Positions 1 through 13,480 of a DNA stretch of 64,000 bases are shown in pieces. Positions within the stretch are counted from its first letter, which is position 1, and each line of letters starts with the position of its first letter. A program made the position numbers and the translations under genes. The notes beneath the pieces were generated by a model, which made no database searches, was not told where the DNA came from, and saw only the letters and a program-made list of their open reading frames with translations. This DNA comes from Mobula hypostoma. Taxonomy: Eukaryota. The stretch lies in NCBI RefSeq assembly GCF_963921235.1, contig NC_086105.1, forward strand, positions 102,734,001-102,798,000, given 5' to 3'.

Positions 1-2150
1 TCCTCGCCTCGCCTCAAGTCTCCGGCCTCCAGCCTCGCCTCGGGTCTCCGACCTCCAGCCTCGCCTCGCCTCGCCTCAAGTCTCCAGCCTCCAGCCTCGA
101 GACTCACCTCGCCTCGCCTTGAGTCTCCAGCATCGAGCCTCGCCTCGAGTCTCCGGCCTCCGGCCTCCAGCCTCGCCTCGCCTCAAGTCTCCGACCTCCA
201 GCCTCGCCTCGCCTCGAGTCTCCGGCTTCTAGCCTCGCCTCGCCTCGCCTTTAGTCTCCAGCCTCCAGCCTCACCTCGCCTCAAGTCTCCAGCCTCCAGC
301 CTCGCCTCGAGTCTCCGGCCTCCGGCCTCCAACCTTGCCTCGCCTTGAGTCTCCGGCCTCCAGCCCCACCTCGCCTCGAGTCTCCGGCCTCCGGCCTCCA
401 GCCTCGCCTCGCCTCGAGTCTCCGGCCTCCAGCCTCGCTTCACCTCGGGTCTCCGGCCTCCAGCCTCGCCTCGCCTCGCCTCAAGTCTCCATCCTCAAGC
501 CTCGCCTCACCTCGAGTCTCTGGCCTCCAGCCTTGCCTCGCCTCAAGTCTCCAGCCTCCAGCCTCACCTCGCCTTGAGTCTCCGGCCTCCAGCCTCCAGC
601 CTCACCTCGAGTCTCTAGCCTCAGCCTCACTTCGCCTCGAGTCTCCGGCCTCCAGCCTCCACCGCGAGTCTCCGGCCTCCAGCCTCCAGCCTCGCCTCGC
701 CTCGATTCTCCAGCCTCGCCTCGCGTCGGGTCTCCGGCCTCCAGCCTCGCCTCGCCTCGGGTTTTCTGCCTCCAGCCTCGCCTCGCCTCAGGTCTCCGGC
801 CTCCAACCTCGCCTCAGGTCTCTAGTCTCCAGCCTCACCTCTAGTCTCCAGCCTCCAGCCTCGCCTCTAGTCTCCTGCCTCCAGCCTTGCCTCGCCTCAA
901 GTCTCCAGCCTCCAGCCTCGCCTCACCTCAGGTCTCCAGCCTCCAGCTTTCAGCCTCGCCTCTAGTCTCCTGCCTCCAGCCTCGCCTCTAGTCTCCAGCC
1001 TCCAGCCTCACCTGTAGTCTCCTGCTTCCAGCCTCCCGCCTTGCCTGTAGTCTCCAGCCTCCAGCCTCGCTTGTAGTCTCCAGCCTCCGGCCTCCAGCCT
1101 CGCCTTGCCTCGAGTCTCCAGCCTCCGGCCTCCAGCCTCGCCTCGCCTTGCCTCGAGTCTCCGGCCTCCAGCCTCCAGCCTCACCTTGCCTTGGGTCTCC
1201 GGCCTCCAGCCTCACCTCGCCTCGGGTCTCCGGCCTCCATCCTCGCCTTGCCTCAGGTCTCCGGCCTCCAACCTCGCCTCAGGTCTCTAGTCTCCAGCCT
1301 CGCCTCTAGTCTCCAGCCTCCATCCTCGCCTCCAGCCTCCAGCCTCGCCTCCAGCCTCCAGCCTCCAGCCTCCATCCTCACCTCCAGCGTCCAGCCTCAC
1401 CTCTAGCCTCTAGTCTCCAGCCTCGCCTCCAGCCTCCAGCCTCGCCTCCAGCCTCGCCTCTAGTCTCCAGCCTCGCCTCCAGCCTCTAGCCTCGCCTCTA
1501 GTCTCCAGCCTTGCCTCCAGCCTCCAGCCTCGCCTCTAGTCTCCAGCCTTGCCTCCAGCCTCCAGCCTCGCCTCGCCTTGCCTCGAGTCTCCGGCCTCCA
1601 GCCTCCAGCCTCACCTCGCCTTGGGTCTCCGGCCTCCAGCCTCACCTCGCCTCGGGTCTCCGGCCTCCATTCTCGCCTTGCCTCAGGTCTCCGGCCTCCA
1701 ACCTCGCCTCAGGTCTCTAGTCTCCAGCCTCGCCTCTAGTCTCCAGCCTCCATCCTCGCCTCCAGCCTCCAGCCTCGCCTCCAGCCTCCAGCCTCCAGCC
1801 TCCATCCTCACCTCCAGCGTCCAGCCTCACCTCTAGCCTCTAGTCTCCAGCCTCGCCTCCAGCCTCCAGCCTCGCCTCCAGCCTCACCTCTAGTCTCCAG
1901 CCTCGCCTCCAGCCTCCAGCCTCGCCTCTAGTCTCCAGCCTTGCCTCCAGCCTCCAGCCTCGCCTCTAGTCTCCAGCCTTGCCTCCAGCCTCCAGCCTCG
2001 CCTCTAGTCTCCTGCCTCTGGCCTCCAACCTTGCCTCTAGTCTCCAGCCTCCAGCCTCGCCTCATCTCCTACCTAGCCTCTAGCCTGAAGACTCCAGCCT
2101 CTAGCCTCTTGCTGAGCCAAGCCGTCTCTAGCCTCTAGCCTCCAGCTTCA
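1..2150. repeat. C-rich tandem array of CCTCG / CCTCCAG / AGTCTCCAG units, with a ~430-bp higher-order duplication (~1128-1557 vs ~1558-1987)
   Basis: Short units are directly visible. Identical peptides in ORFs 1191..1406 and 1549..1836 end 430 nt apart. The array is open at the window's left edge. Confidence 0.95.
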
Positions 2151-2427
2151 AGCCTGTAGATTTCTACCTCGTCCTGCCTGCCTGCCAAGCCTCGCCTTTG
2201 CCTTATTCTGGGGTCCAAGCCAGAGGCAAGACCCAAGTACTGGGTCCTTGTCCAGTCTCTGGCTCAGAGTCGAAGCCTGGGCTCCTAGATCTTTTGTCCA
2301 GTGCTGTTCCAGTTTCTTGGTTTTCCTGTCCATGTCCTTGCCATGGCCCTGTATCCTAGTCCTGTCCCTAGTACTTCAGTGTCTGTGTCTTGCACTTGAG
2401 TCCATTCCCAGCCATGACCTTATGACC
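2150..2427 (+). mobile_element. 3' end of an LTR, same family as the solo LTR at 11130-12204
   Basis: The reverse complement of 2200-2425 aligns by eye to 11130-11380 (e.g. gagccagagactggacaaggaccca; cactgaagtactagg). It ends in atgacc rather than atgaca. Confidence 0.75.
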
Positions 2428-2559
2428 GTAGCAGAGCCACCTCTGAAATAAAACGAAGGATGTAAAGGAAGGGAAAAGAATTACTTCATGACCTGCCTTG
2501 ATGATGTTGCCCTTGGAAGCGTTCTTTGCTTGTGCCAGCTTCCAGAGGTCCGGAAAACT

Positions 2560-3030
2560 TAAGAGTATGGATCAGTACATGGACCTTTGGTTCTTGTGAC
2601 CATTACAGAGAGACAAACAGGAATGGGTGCGTAATGACTCAGGCTTTCAAAATTTTAGAAAAGACGGGGGTGGGGGCAAAAGAGGTAGATATGTTGCGCT
2701 ACTAATCAGGGACAATATCACAGCTACACTCGGAGGCTCGTCCATTTAGTCATACAGATAGAACAGAAAAATAGGAAGGGTGCAATCACTTTGGTGTGAT
2801 TGTACTACAGACTCCCCCACCCCTTGCCACCACCCCCACCCAACAGCCACCAGGCACTGAGGAACAGATATACAGGCTGATTAAAGAAAAGTGTAAAAAC
2901 AGTAGGGTTGTTGTCATGGGGGATTTCCACTTCCTCTATTCAAAAAAAAGAGACCTTCTGGGTACAAGAAGTTTAGGTGGGGCAGAATTTGTTAGGTGCA
3001 TCTAGGAGGGTTTCCTAAATCAATATGTAC
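2560..3030 (+). mobile_element. Degenerate CR1 LINE ORF2 endonuclease fragment
   Basis: Translation includes RVVVMGDFHF and EEQIYRLI, similar to the CR1 at 44190+. Confidence 0.7.
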
Positions 3031-3345
3031 AGTAGGTAGAGTCATAAAGAAGTACAGCCCATCTAGTCCATGCAGTAAGCACTTAAACTGCCTACTCCCA
3101 TCGATTTGCACCGGGACCATAGACCTCCATACCCTTACCATCCAAACTTTGCTTAAACGTTGAAATCGAGCTCACCCTCACCACTTGTGCTGGCAGCTCA
3201 TCCCACACTCTTGCGACTCTCTGAGTGAAGAAGCTTCCCGTCATGTTCCCTTTAAACTTTCACCTTTTACTCTTAACCCATGACTTCTAGTTGTAGACCC
3301 GCCCAACCTTTGTAGAAGAAGCCTGCTTACGTTTGTCTTATCTAT

Positions 3346-3806
3346 CATCATCATCAGGTGCCATGCCCAGTTTGAGCTTTGACTACCATAGCCCACACTC
3401 TCCTGTTTCGGGTCAAGTGGATCAATTCATTGGTATTCATTTCCAATTCTCTGGCTGCTGTCTCCATCATCATTTGTCTTTGTCTTCCTCTTGCTTTCTT
3501 CCCTTCAATCTTTCCCATAATTACCATGCATTCTAACTCCTCTTTCCTAATCCCATGTCCAATGAAGTTACGTTGCCTTTTCATGATCTCATACATTATT
3601 TCTCTTTTTGTGTTTGCTCTGTTCATGACATCCTCGTTATATATTTGTTTCATCCATGATATTCTTTGCATCCTCCTCAAAAACCACATTTCTGCTGCTA
3701 CAATTCGTTTCCTCATGTTACTAGATATTGTCCAACGTTCTGAGCCCAGATAAACATAACATTTCAGTTCTCTGAGGTGGGTTGTCATGCCTAGTTTAGT
3801 ATTGGC
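3346..3806 (-). mobile_element. 5'-truncated RTE-clade LINE 3' end inserted into a CR1 3' fragment (~3040-3860, minus)
   Basis: AAEMWFLRRMQRISW...GKIEGKKARGRQR is a typical RTE C-terminus. It has an (ATC)n tail and a 9-bp TSD cttatctat at 3337-3345 and 3807-3815. Confidence 0.85.
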
Positions 3807-4059
3807 CTTATCTATACCCCCTATAATTTTGTATACCTTTATCAAATCTCCTCTCAATTTTGGAGGGCAGAGCTTAATCATGATGGTGCTAAACGGCAAC
3901 TTCTTTGCTTGTATCTTCACAAACAGCTCTATTTCCATCTTTATTATCTCTATTTTTCCTTTACAGGGTACCTTTGAAGACCCTGACCTGGAATTACATG
4001 CTGATTTTGAATTTTTGCGGGAATGGAACTCTGGGGTTTCATGATTGGCCATTATTCGA

Positions 4060-5500
4060 TACACTTCTTTCTGTGATGACGTCAGGATGTTTCGAGATCC
4101 GACTCTTCTTGATTCGCTTCACAGTAGGCAAACTCTCTGTTGCATCTGTGTGTGCATCTATGAGCCATTGATAGTGGTCGGTGGCAGTCTCTTCCTCCCC
4201 CCTTTCCAGTGGGCTGAAGCGATTTCTCACCTCCACTGTGTACTGGGCTTGAAGAATAGGATAGTCGATCTTCTCCTTGGGACCTGTGGCTTTGGGTTGC
4301 CGCAGGCTCAGTTACACTTGCATTGACACTACTCTGTGGTCAGAACTGACCGAGTTGAAGGTGCTGTAGGCTTCTGCGTTGATCACACAATTACTCCATT
4401 TTGTTCTTATGAGGATGTGATCGAGCTGTTTCCTGTAGATGGAGGCTCTGTTTTCATATGTCCACAGTTTACCAGCTCGCTTCTTGAATTGTGTGTTGGC
4501 GACAATGAGACTATGTTCCTGGATGAAATCAACTAGATATTGTCCATTTCTGTTGGTAAAGACTTGGTATGAGTATGGAACATCTTCCAGTCTGACCTGG
4601 GCATTAAAATCGCCGAGCACAGCCAGGAAGTTATGTGCCGGTATTGAAGTGACAGCTTCGTGAAGTTTACTGTAGAAGGCTTCCACCTCCTTCTCCTCAC
4701 TGCAGTTGTGCGGGGAGTAATAGATGATGACAGAGGTTGCCAGGTTTCCATCAAATTCCGCAGTAAGGATCCTGTCACTGACAGAGACTACGCCCCTCAG
4801 CGCCGCCTTTGCCTTGCGGTTCAACATCAATCCTACTCCACCTTGTGCTGACATCGTCGTTGGCTCTCTCCATGCAGTCGAGATGATGAGGTGCATCCCC
4901 TCTACCTCTGTGAACCTTATCTCTTCGTCAGGGTGTACATGACAGTGTTCTTGGATCCCCAGGACGGAAATCTTGTAGCTGCTTGCCTGTGATGCCAACT
5001 CTGTTCATCGAGGCAAGAGGCAGATGGTGTTTGCGTTGAAGGTTGAGATGATCGTTTTTACCTTACAACGCAAAAGAGGCGCAGTTCACTCAGCCCCCTG
5101 TTGGACACAACCCTCCCCGTGGGGTTTGAGGTTGCATCTTCATACTGTCTGTCTAGGCCAGGGTCTGGGCGTTCCACAGAGTTTCTGAGCACTCCCGGCT
5201 CTGGAAGTACAGGGTTTGTTAGGTTGTCTGTCATCATAATGCCTTACAAGCAGCGAAACGAAAGACTGTGTGGCGCGCCACTCCTCACACAGACGGTAGG
5301 TGGCCGTTGACTTACAAAGAGTTCATCTGCCCTTTGACAGGTTTTGTTTTTAGTCCTGCTGGGTGCCTACACACCCTCCTCCCTGGTTAACCGAAGTGCA
5401 CCAGGGGGTGTACCAGTTGAGTCGCTGACAACCCGACCCGAGACAGGTAGTACTGGGCTACGTGGTAACAGTAGCAAGGTAAGGCCCTGACCTGACCTCC
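4060..5500 (-). mobile_element. 5' part of an RTE-clade LINE (5' UTR, APE endonuclease, linker), 3'-truncated
   Basis: ORF 4312..4998 has the APE motifs GIQEH, GGVG, YSPHN, LGDFNA, QLDHIL and SDHRVV. It continues through a stop into QYTVEVRNRF (ORF 4039..4236). Confidence 0.85.
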
Positions 5501-7285
5501 AATCTACTTTCCTGATAAAATTCCTCAAAAAACAATAAGATTGGTTAGACATAATCTACCATACAAGAAGTCATGCTGACTATCCTTAATCAGTCCGTGT
5601 CTATCCAATTACTTATATATCTGGTCCCTTAGAATATCTTCCAATAACTTCCCCACAACTGATGACATGCTCATCTGCCTATGATTTCCTGGTTTATTTC
5701 TAGAGCATTTTTAAAACAGTGGAACAATATTGGCTATCCCCCAATCCTCTTGTACCTCTCCTGTCACTAAGGATGTTTAAAGTATCTCTGCTAGTGCCCT
5801 GGCTATTTCTGTACTTGCCTCCCATGAGGTCCAAAAGAACATCTCGTCAAGCCCTGGGGTTTTAGTCACCCTGACTTGCCTCAGGGTAACAAACATCTCC
5901 TCCTCTGTAATCTGGACAGGGTCCGTGAAAATGATGCTGCTTTGCCTTACTTCGATAGGCTCTGTACTTATCTCCTGAGTAAATACAGATGCCGAGAATT
6001 CAGTTAAGATCTTCCCCCATCTGTCTTGGATTACCATTCTGGTCTTCCAGAGGATGAATTTTGTATCTTTCAATCGCTTTGCTCTTAACATGCATGTAGA
6101 ATCTCTTGGGATTCTTCTTCACCTTGTGTGCTAGAGCAACTTCATGCCTTCTCTTAGCCTTCCTGATTTCTTCTTAAGTGTTCTCTTGCAGTTCTTGTAT
6201 TCCATAAGCACCTCATTTGTTCCTACTTGGCAATGCCTGCAATGTACCTCCCTTTTTCTTAATCAGGGCCACAATATCTCTTGAAAACCAAGGTTCCCCA
6301 CACTTGTTATCTTTACCTTTTACTGTGACAAGCACATTCAAGCTTTGTACTCTTAATTTTGTTTTGAAGGCCTCCCACTTTCCAAGTACACCTTTGCCAG
6401 AAAACAGCCTGTGCCAATCCACACTTGTCAGATCATATCTGATACTATCAAAATTGGCCTTTCTGCAATTTAGAATCTTAACCCACATACCAGACCTATC
6501 TTTTTGCTTATTTTATTTGAAACTAATGGCAGTGCGGTCACTGGCTGCAAAGTATTCAGCTACACAAACTTCTGACACCTGCCCTGTCTGATTCCCTAAT
6601 AGCAGATACATTATCACATGCTCTTTCATTGGGACTTATTGATGAAGGAAACTTTGCTGAACACATTTGACAAGTTATACCCCATCTAGTCCTTTTACAG
6701 TATGGTAGTCCCTGTCAATATGTGAAAAGTTAAAATCATCTACTGTAGCAACTTTATGTTACTTGCAAAGGTCTGCGATCTCTTTACAAATTTGTGCTTC
6801 TAATTCCCTAGGACTGTTGGGTGGCTGGTAGTATAACCCCATTAACTTGGTCACACACCTTTCTTATTTCTCAGCTCCACCTGCAACACCTCTCTAGTGA
6901 CTCCAGTCTGTCCAGATGGAGCACTGCCATGGCATATTCCCTGACTGGAAATGCCACCCCTCCTCCTTCAATCCCTCCCAATCTGTCACGTCTAAACCAA
7001 CTAAACCCCAGAATACTGAGCTACCAGAACTGCCTTTCCGACAACCAAGTCTCACTAGAGGCTACAACGTCACAATTCCAGGTGTTGATCCATGCCCTGA
7101 CCTCATCAACCTTTCCTGTGATACTTCTTGCATTGAAATATACGCAGATCAGGATATTAGTTGCACCATGATTAATTTTTTCATTCCTGATTTCGTATGA
7201 GGTGTTACCAACATCTGCCTCCACAACCTCTCCACTAACTGTTCTGGTTCACTGGTTCCCACACCCCTGCAACTCTCGTTTAATC
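5500..7285 (-). mobile_element. CR1 LINE copy A, 5' half of ORF2 (degenerate)
   Basis: CVYFNARSITGKVDEVRAWI...SETWL endonuclease start; KANFDSIR; TPGLDEM...EIARALAEI. Confidence 0.8.
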
Positions 7286-10200
7286 CATAAGAACCATAAG
7301 ACAATAAAACATAGGAGCAGAATTAGGCCATTGGGCCCATCAAGTCTGCTCCGCCACTCAATCATGGCTGATACGTTTTTTACCCTGCTCAGCTCCACTC
7401 CCCAGCCTTCTCCCCGTAAACTTTGATACTGCGACCAATCAAGAACCTATAGAGCTCTGCCTTAAATATATCCAACAACCTGGCCTCCACAGTCATCTGC
7501 AGCAACAAATTTCACAAATTCACCACCCTCTGGCTGAAAAAATTTCTCTGCAACTCTGTTTTAAATGGACGCCCCTCTATCCTGAAGCTGTGCCCTCTTG
7601 ACCTAAACTCCCCCAGCATGGGAAACATCCTTTCCACATCTAGTCTGTCTATGCTTTTCAACATTTAAAAGATTTCAATGAGATCCCATCTCAACCTTCT
7701 AAATTCCAGAGAGTACAGAACCAGAGGCATCAAACATTCTTCATAGAATAGTCCTTTCATTCCTGGAATCATCTTTGTGAACCTTCTCTGGATCGTCTCC
7801 AATGCCAGCATATCTTTTGTAAGATGAGGGGCCCAAAACTGTTCACAATACTTAAGGTGAGGCCTCATCAGTGCCTTATAAAGCCTCAGCATCACATCCT
7901 TGCTCTTGGAATCTAGACCTCTTGAAATAAATGCTAACATCGCATTTGTCTTCCTCACCACCGACTTGGCCTGCAAGTTAACCTTTAGAGTGTTCTGCAC
8001 AAGGTCTCCCAAGACCCTTTGCAGCTCAGATTTTTGGATTTTCTCCCCATTTAGAAAATAGTCTCCCCATGTATTTCTACTACCAAAGTGCATGACCATG
8101 CATTTTCCAACATTGTATTTCATTTGCCATTTTCTTGCCCAATCTTCTAATCTTCTGCAGCCTACCTGTTTCCTCAACATTTACCTGCCCCTCCACCAAT
8201 CTTCACATCATCTACATTTTCTAGAACCAGACTATTTTCCAAATGGGGAGAAAATCCAAAAATTGACAACAAAGCCACCTATTCCATCATCTAAATCATT
8301 GATATATAGCATAAAGATGAGTGGTCCCAACACTGACCCCTGCAGAACAGTACTAATCACTGGCAGCCAACCAGAAAAGTATCCTTTTATTCCCTCTCAC
8401 TGTCTCCTACCAATCAACCATGCCAGTAACTTTCCTGTAATACCATGGGCCCTTAACTTGGTAAGCATCCTCATGTGTGGCACCTTATCAAAGACCTTCT
8501 GAGCATCCAAATATACAATATCCACTGCATCCCCTTTATCTATCCTATTTGTAATCTCCTCGAATTCCAACAGGTTCGTCCGGCAGGATTTTCCCCTAAC
8601 GAAATCATGCTGACTTTGTCCCATCTTGTCCTGTGTCACCAAGTACTCCATAACCTCATTCTTAACAACTTCCAAACCACTGAGGTTAGGCTAGCTGGTC
8701 TATAATTTCTTTTCTGCTACCTTCCAACTTTGTTAAAGTGTGGAGCGACATCTGCAATTTTCCAGTCCTCTGGCACTATGCCAGAGTGTAATGATTTTTG
8801 AAAGATCATTACTAATGCCTCCACAATCTCTATGCTACCTCTTTCAGACCTTTGGCGTGCAGTTCATCTGGTCCGGGTGACTTATGTACTCCCAGGTCTT
8901 TCAGCTTTTTGAGCACGTCCTTCCTTATAATAGTAACTGCACTCACTTCTCTGCCTCACACCCTTCAACAGCTGGCACATTGCCAGTGTCTTCTAACGTG
9001 AAGACTGATGTAAAATACTCACTTGGTTCATCTGCCGTCTCCTTGTCCCTGTTATTATTACTCCGGCCTCATTTTCTAATCTTTCTATATACGGTCTCAT
9101 CTCTGTTTTTTTTTTACATACTTGAAAAAGCTTTTACTATCCACTTTGATATTTTTGCTAGCTTGCTTTTATATTTCATCTTTTCTTTCCTGATGATCCT
9201 TTTAGATGCTCTCCGTAGGTTTTTAAAAGCGTCACAATCCTCTATCTTCCTGCTAATTTTTGCTTTGTTGTCTGCCCTCTTTTGTTTTTAGATTAGCTTT
9301 GACTTCCCTTGTCAGCCACGGTTGTACTATTTTTCCATTTGAATATTTCTTCATTTTTGGAATACATCTATCCTCATTTTTCCCCAGAAACTCACGCCAT
9401 TGCTGTTCTGCTATCATTGCTGCCAGCAGCTCCTTCCAATTTACTTTGGCCAACTCCTCTCTCATTCCGCTGTAATGTCCTTTACTCCACTGAAATACTG
9501 CTCTGTCAGACTTTACTTTCTCCCTATCAAATTTCAAGTTGAACTCAATCATATTGTGATCACTGGTTCCTAAGGGTTCTTTTACCTTAAGCTCCCTAAT
9601 CACCTCTGATTACATAACACCCAATCCAGTATAGCTGATCCCCTAGGAAGCTCAACGACAAACTGCTCTAAAAAGCCATCTCATAGACATTCAACAAACT
9701 GACTCTCTTGAGATCCATTACTAACCCAATTGTCCCAATCGATCTGTATGTTGAAATCTCCCAAGACTACCAATACATTGCCCTTTTGACATGCCTTTTC
9801 TATTTCCTGTTGCAATCTGTGGTCCACATCCCAGGTACTGTTGGGAAGCCTGTATATAATTGACATCAGGATCCTTTTACGCCTGCAGTTTCTTAACTTA
9901 ACCCACAAGGATTCAACATCTTCCTATCCTATGTTACATCTTTCTACTGATTTGATGCTATTCTTTACAAGTAGAGCCATGCCATCCCCTCTGCCTACCT
10001 CCCTTTCCCTCCAATATAACATGTAACCTTGGACATCCAGCTCCCAACTACAATCGTCCTTCAGCCATGATTTAGTGATGGCCACAACGTCAAACCTGAC
10101 AATCTGTAATAGTGCATCAAGATCGTCCACCTTATTTCTTCTATTCTTTGCATTGAGATATAACACTTCGAGTACTGTATTTGCTATCCTTTTTGATTCT

Positions 10201-10980
10201 GCATCCCTAATGCATTGATACTCACCCTGCTGGCTACAATTTGTCCTATCATCTGCTTGCCCTTCCTGACAGTCTGATTTCATGCTATCTTTGCTTTTTT
10301 ACCATCAGTCCTATCCTGAGTCCCTTCACTCAGATTCCTACCACCTGTCAAATTACTATAAAACCTCCCCAACAGCTCTAACAAACTTGCACACAAGATA
10401 TTGGTCCCCCTTGGGCTCAGGAACAACCCATCACTTTTGTACAGGTCATACCTCCCCCAGAAGAGATACCAATGATGCGAGATCTTGAAGCCCTGCCACC
10501 TGCACCAGCTTCTCAGCCACGCATTAATCTGCTAAATCACCCTGTTTCTACCCTCACTGGCATGTGGCACAGGCAGTAATCCAGAAATTACTACCCTGGA
10601 TGTCCTACTTCTCAGCTTCTGCCTAGCCCTCTAAATTCTTTTCAGGACCTCTTTGCTTTTGCTTCCTATATCATTGGTATCAGCATGTACCAAGACATCT
10701 GCTTTACCCTCCAAAATGTGGATGTGATCAGAAATGCCCCTGACCCTGGCACCTAGGAGGCAACATATCATTCAAGTGTCCTGTTCACGTCCACAGAATC
10801 TACTCTGTTTCCCTGACTACTGAGTGCCCTATCACTGCGGCTCCCCCTCCTCCCTCCTTTCTTTCTGCATCACGGACCTATGCTCAATGCCAGTAACTTG
10901 GGCTCCATGGCATTCCCTTGGGAGGACATCCCCCACAACAACATCCAAAACAGTATACTTATTATTGAGGGGAGTGACCC
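7286..10980 (-). mobile_element. CR1 LINE copy B, near full-length and degenerate, nested in copy A
   Basis: The 3' tail (cataagaa-type repeats) is at ~7286. Motifs include LYKALMRPHLKYCEQFW, VYLDAQKVFDKVPH, LGTSDHNMIEF, VLGDFN and LYLNAK, broken by many frameshifts. Confidence 0.85.
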
Positions 10981-11129
10981 CACTATTCAGCATTAACAAA
11001 CTTTCCCACTAGGACTCTAGCCCCCTCTTGTTCAGGTGCAAAATGTTCCTTCTGTACAGGTTCCGCCTTCCCTGGAAGAGAGGCCAATGATCCAAAAATC
11101 TGATGCCTTCCCTCCTGCAGCAACCCCAT

Positions 11130-12204
11130 TGTCATAATGTGGGCACTGGGAGCAGACCCAAATGCAAGTACTTCAGTCACTGAAGTACTAGGAACTGGAC
11201 TAGACTAGGCTTAGGAACAGGACAGGACACAAACTAGGAGCTAGGACATTGGCTAGGCAAGCAGGACCAGGACAAGGAACTGGGAACTAGGAGCCTGGGT
11301 TTGGACTCCGAGCCAGAGACTGGACAAGGACCCAAAACCTAGATCTTGACTCGGGCTCGGACCCCGGAACTAGGCAAGGACATGACATGGTCTTGGGAGA
11401 CAGGACTAGGCAAGGCTACAGGACAGAACGAGAGACTCCTGGGCAAGACTAGGGAACTCCAGCACAGGGCAAAGCACATGGACAGGACAAGAACACGAAG
11501 CCTTGACTTGGTACTGAGGAACAGCCGAACCTTGGACTTGGGACAACAGGAACGCAGAGCACAGAGCCTTGGTCTTCTGGAGGGCAGGAACACAGAGCCT
11601 TGGACTTGAGAGACAGGAACACAGGGACATGGAACACAGAGCCAGGACCCCTCCTTAGGAGCAGGACTTGGGGCCAGGGCTCTACACAGAATGCTGAACA
11701 CTATGAGACAGATCCCAACACAAGGTAGCGGCAAACAGCCAGACCTACCTAGCAAAGGCGTGGACACAGAGACAGTTCCAACTCAATAGGGACAGTTCCT
11801 TATCTTGACAAAGCAAGGCTCTAGTCCCACTCTAGTGGTAGTACTTGACAAGGTTGCAGGCAAGGCTCCAGAAGGAAGCAGAAAGGAAGGGAACAGTCCA
11901 ACCTCAGTGTAACAGCAAAGACAGCCTGGTTTACCCAATGAAGGCAAGGACGGGAAGGGACAGATCCAACCGCAGGGTAACAGCAACGATGGCCTGACTT
12001 ACCCCACAGAGGCGAGGACAGGATACTGACAAGACAAACCAGCAACCACACTCAAACCCAGGGCCACTTATACTCCCAGCACCAAGATGAGCATCAGGTG
12101 CCTATGATTAAGCCCAACTGAAACAAGGGACAGCCGGACGACCTGGAGTCTGAAGTTCACGGACCGTGAACCGGAACGTGGACTTCACGGACCGGACCAT
12201 GACA
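11130..12204 (-). mobile_element. Solo LTR (1075 bp), Gypsy-like termini
   Basis: TGTCAT...ATGACA inverted ends and a perfect 5-bp TSD CCCAT (11125-11129, 12205-12209). A TATA-like TATAAG lies on the minus strand near 12070. No coding sequence. Confidence 0.9.
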
Positions 12205-13300
12205 CCCATAGCTACATGTTGAACTCTATAATCTTCCTAGTTCTGGCCTCACCAGCATGTGACACAGGTAGCAATCCTGAGATCACAACCCTGGATGTCC
12301 TGCCCTTTAACAGCACCTAACTTCTGAATTCCCTGTGCAGAATCTCATCACTCATCCTACCCTTGTCATTGGTACCAATGTGGACCACGACTTCTGGCTG
12401 TTCATCCTCCCACTTAAGAATGCTAAGGTTGTGATCTGTGATGTCCTAGACCTGGCACCCGGGAGGCAGCTTACTATCTAGGAATCTCATTCTCGCCCAC
12501 AGAACCTTGTGTTTATTCCCCTAACTAACGAATCACCACAGCACTTCTCTTCCTCCCCCTTTCCTTCCGAATCACAGAGCCAAACTCAGTGCCAGAGACC
12601 TGACTCCTGTGACTTTCCTGTGCTTGGTCATGCGCCCCCCCACAATGTCCAGTGTGGTATACCTGTTGTTGAGGGGGATGGCCACAAGGCTATTTAACAC
12701 CTTTCCCCTTACTGACTGTCACCCAGTTTCCAATGTCCTGCACGTTGGGTGTAAGTGCCTCTCTAAACTGTGTGTTCTATCTATCACCCCTTCAGCTCTC
12801 TGAATGAGCCAGAGTTCATCCAGTTCCATCTCCAACTCCTTAATACAGAGTGTCAGAAACCACAGGTGGACACACCTCCCAGTTGTAGTTGTCAAAGACC
12901 CTGGAGGTCTCACTGTTTTCCCACTTCCCGCAAGAGGAGCATTTCACTGTCCTGCCACACATCTCTACTGCCCTAGCTGAGCAGATATAAAGAAGAGATG
13001 GAAAAAAATCTTTACCTAGAGCTGTTCTTCTTTTGCTTTCTCTGACTGAAGCCTCCCTTCGCTAAAGGCTCGAAAAGCTAAATCCTCACTGACTCTGTCC
13101 ACTGCAGTGCTTGCCCCTGCTTTTCTTTAATTTGCTAGTGCTAAACAATCCCAAATATCCATTGGTCACAGGTCAAAGCTCAATTACACAGCTGTGATCC
13201 GCCATTGCCTTTTCTACTCAGTCTGTGGACCTGAGTAAAATCCCCTCCTCTCAAACTTCTGATGTCCAGATTGATTGCTAATCAGAGCTCAATGAACAAA
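12205..13300 (-). mobile_element. CR1 copy A ORF1 and 5' region (continues from ~10985-11129 across the LTR)
   Basis: Reverse-strand VVVHIGTND at ~12365-12391 is the SGNH/GDSL esterase motif of CR1 ORF1. A coiled-coil-like stretch IKELEMELDELW is also present. Confidence 0.7.
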
Positions 13301-13480
13301 GATCAAAACAATGTTGACACGGAGAACAACAACAATCAATTATGTGCATTAATTTTATATTCTCACAAAAAGTGTTTACAATACTACACAAATCCTAAAA
13401 ACCACAATAGTTGCTCATGTGAGGATGACCAGGAGGGATAAACCTACCCACACATATCCTTATCAATCTAGTTTTTAAAA

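Noticed and set aside
183-2138. Many Pro/Ser/Leu/Arg-rich ORFs
   Set aside because: They arise from a stop-poor tandem repeat in all frames, with no start or splice context.
3354-4064. 236-aa ORF as a novel gene
   Set aside because: It is a chance in-frame chimera of three adjacent TE fragments.
4039-4312. Internally deleted RTE with the endonuclease fused to its 3' end
   Set aside because: The downstream peptide is the normal post-endonuclease linker, so the element is simply truncated.
5330-5500. HDV-like ribozyme at the RTE 5' end (minus-strand ACCACGT resembles an L3 loop)
   Set aside because: Consistent P1/P2 pairings could not be built by hand. An RNAMotif or Infernal search would be needed.
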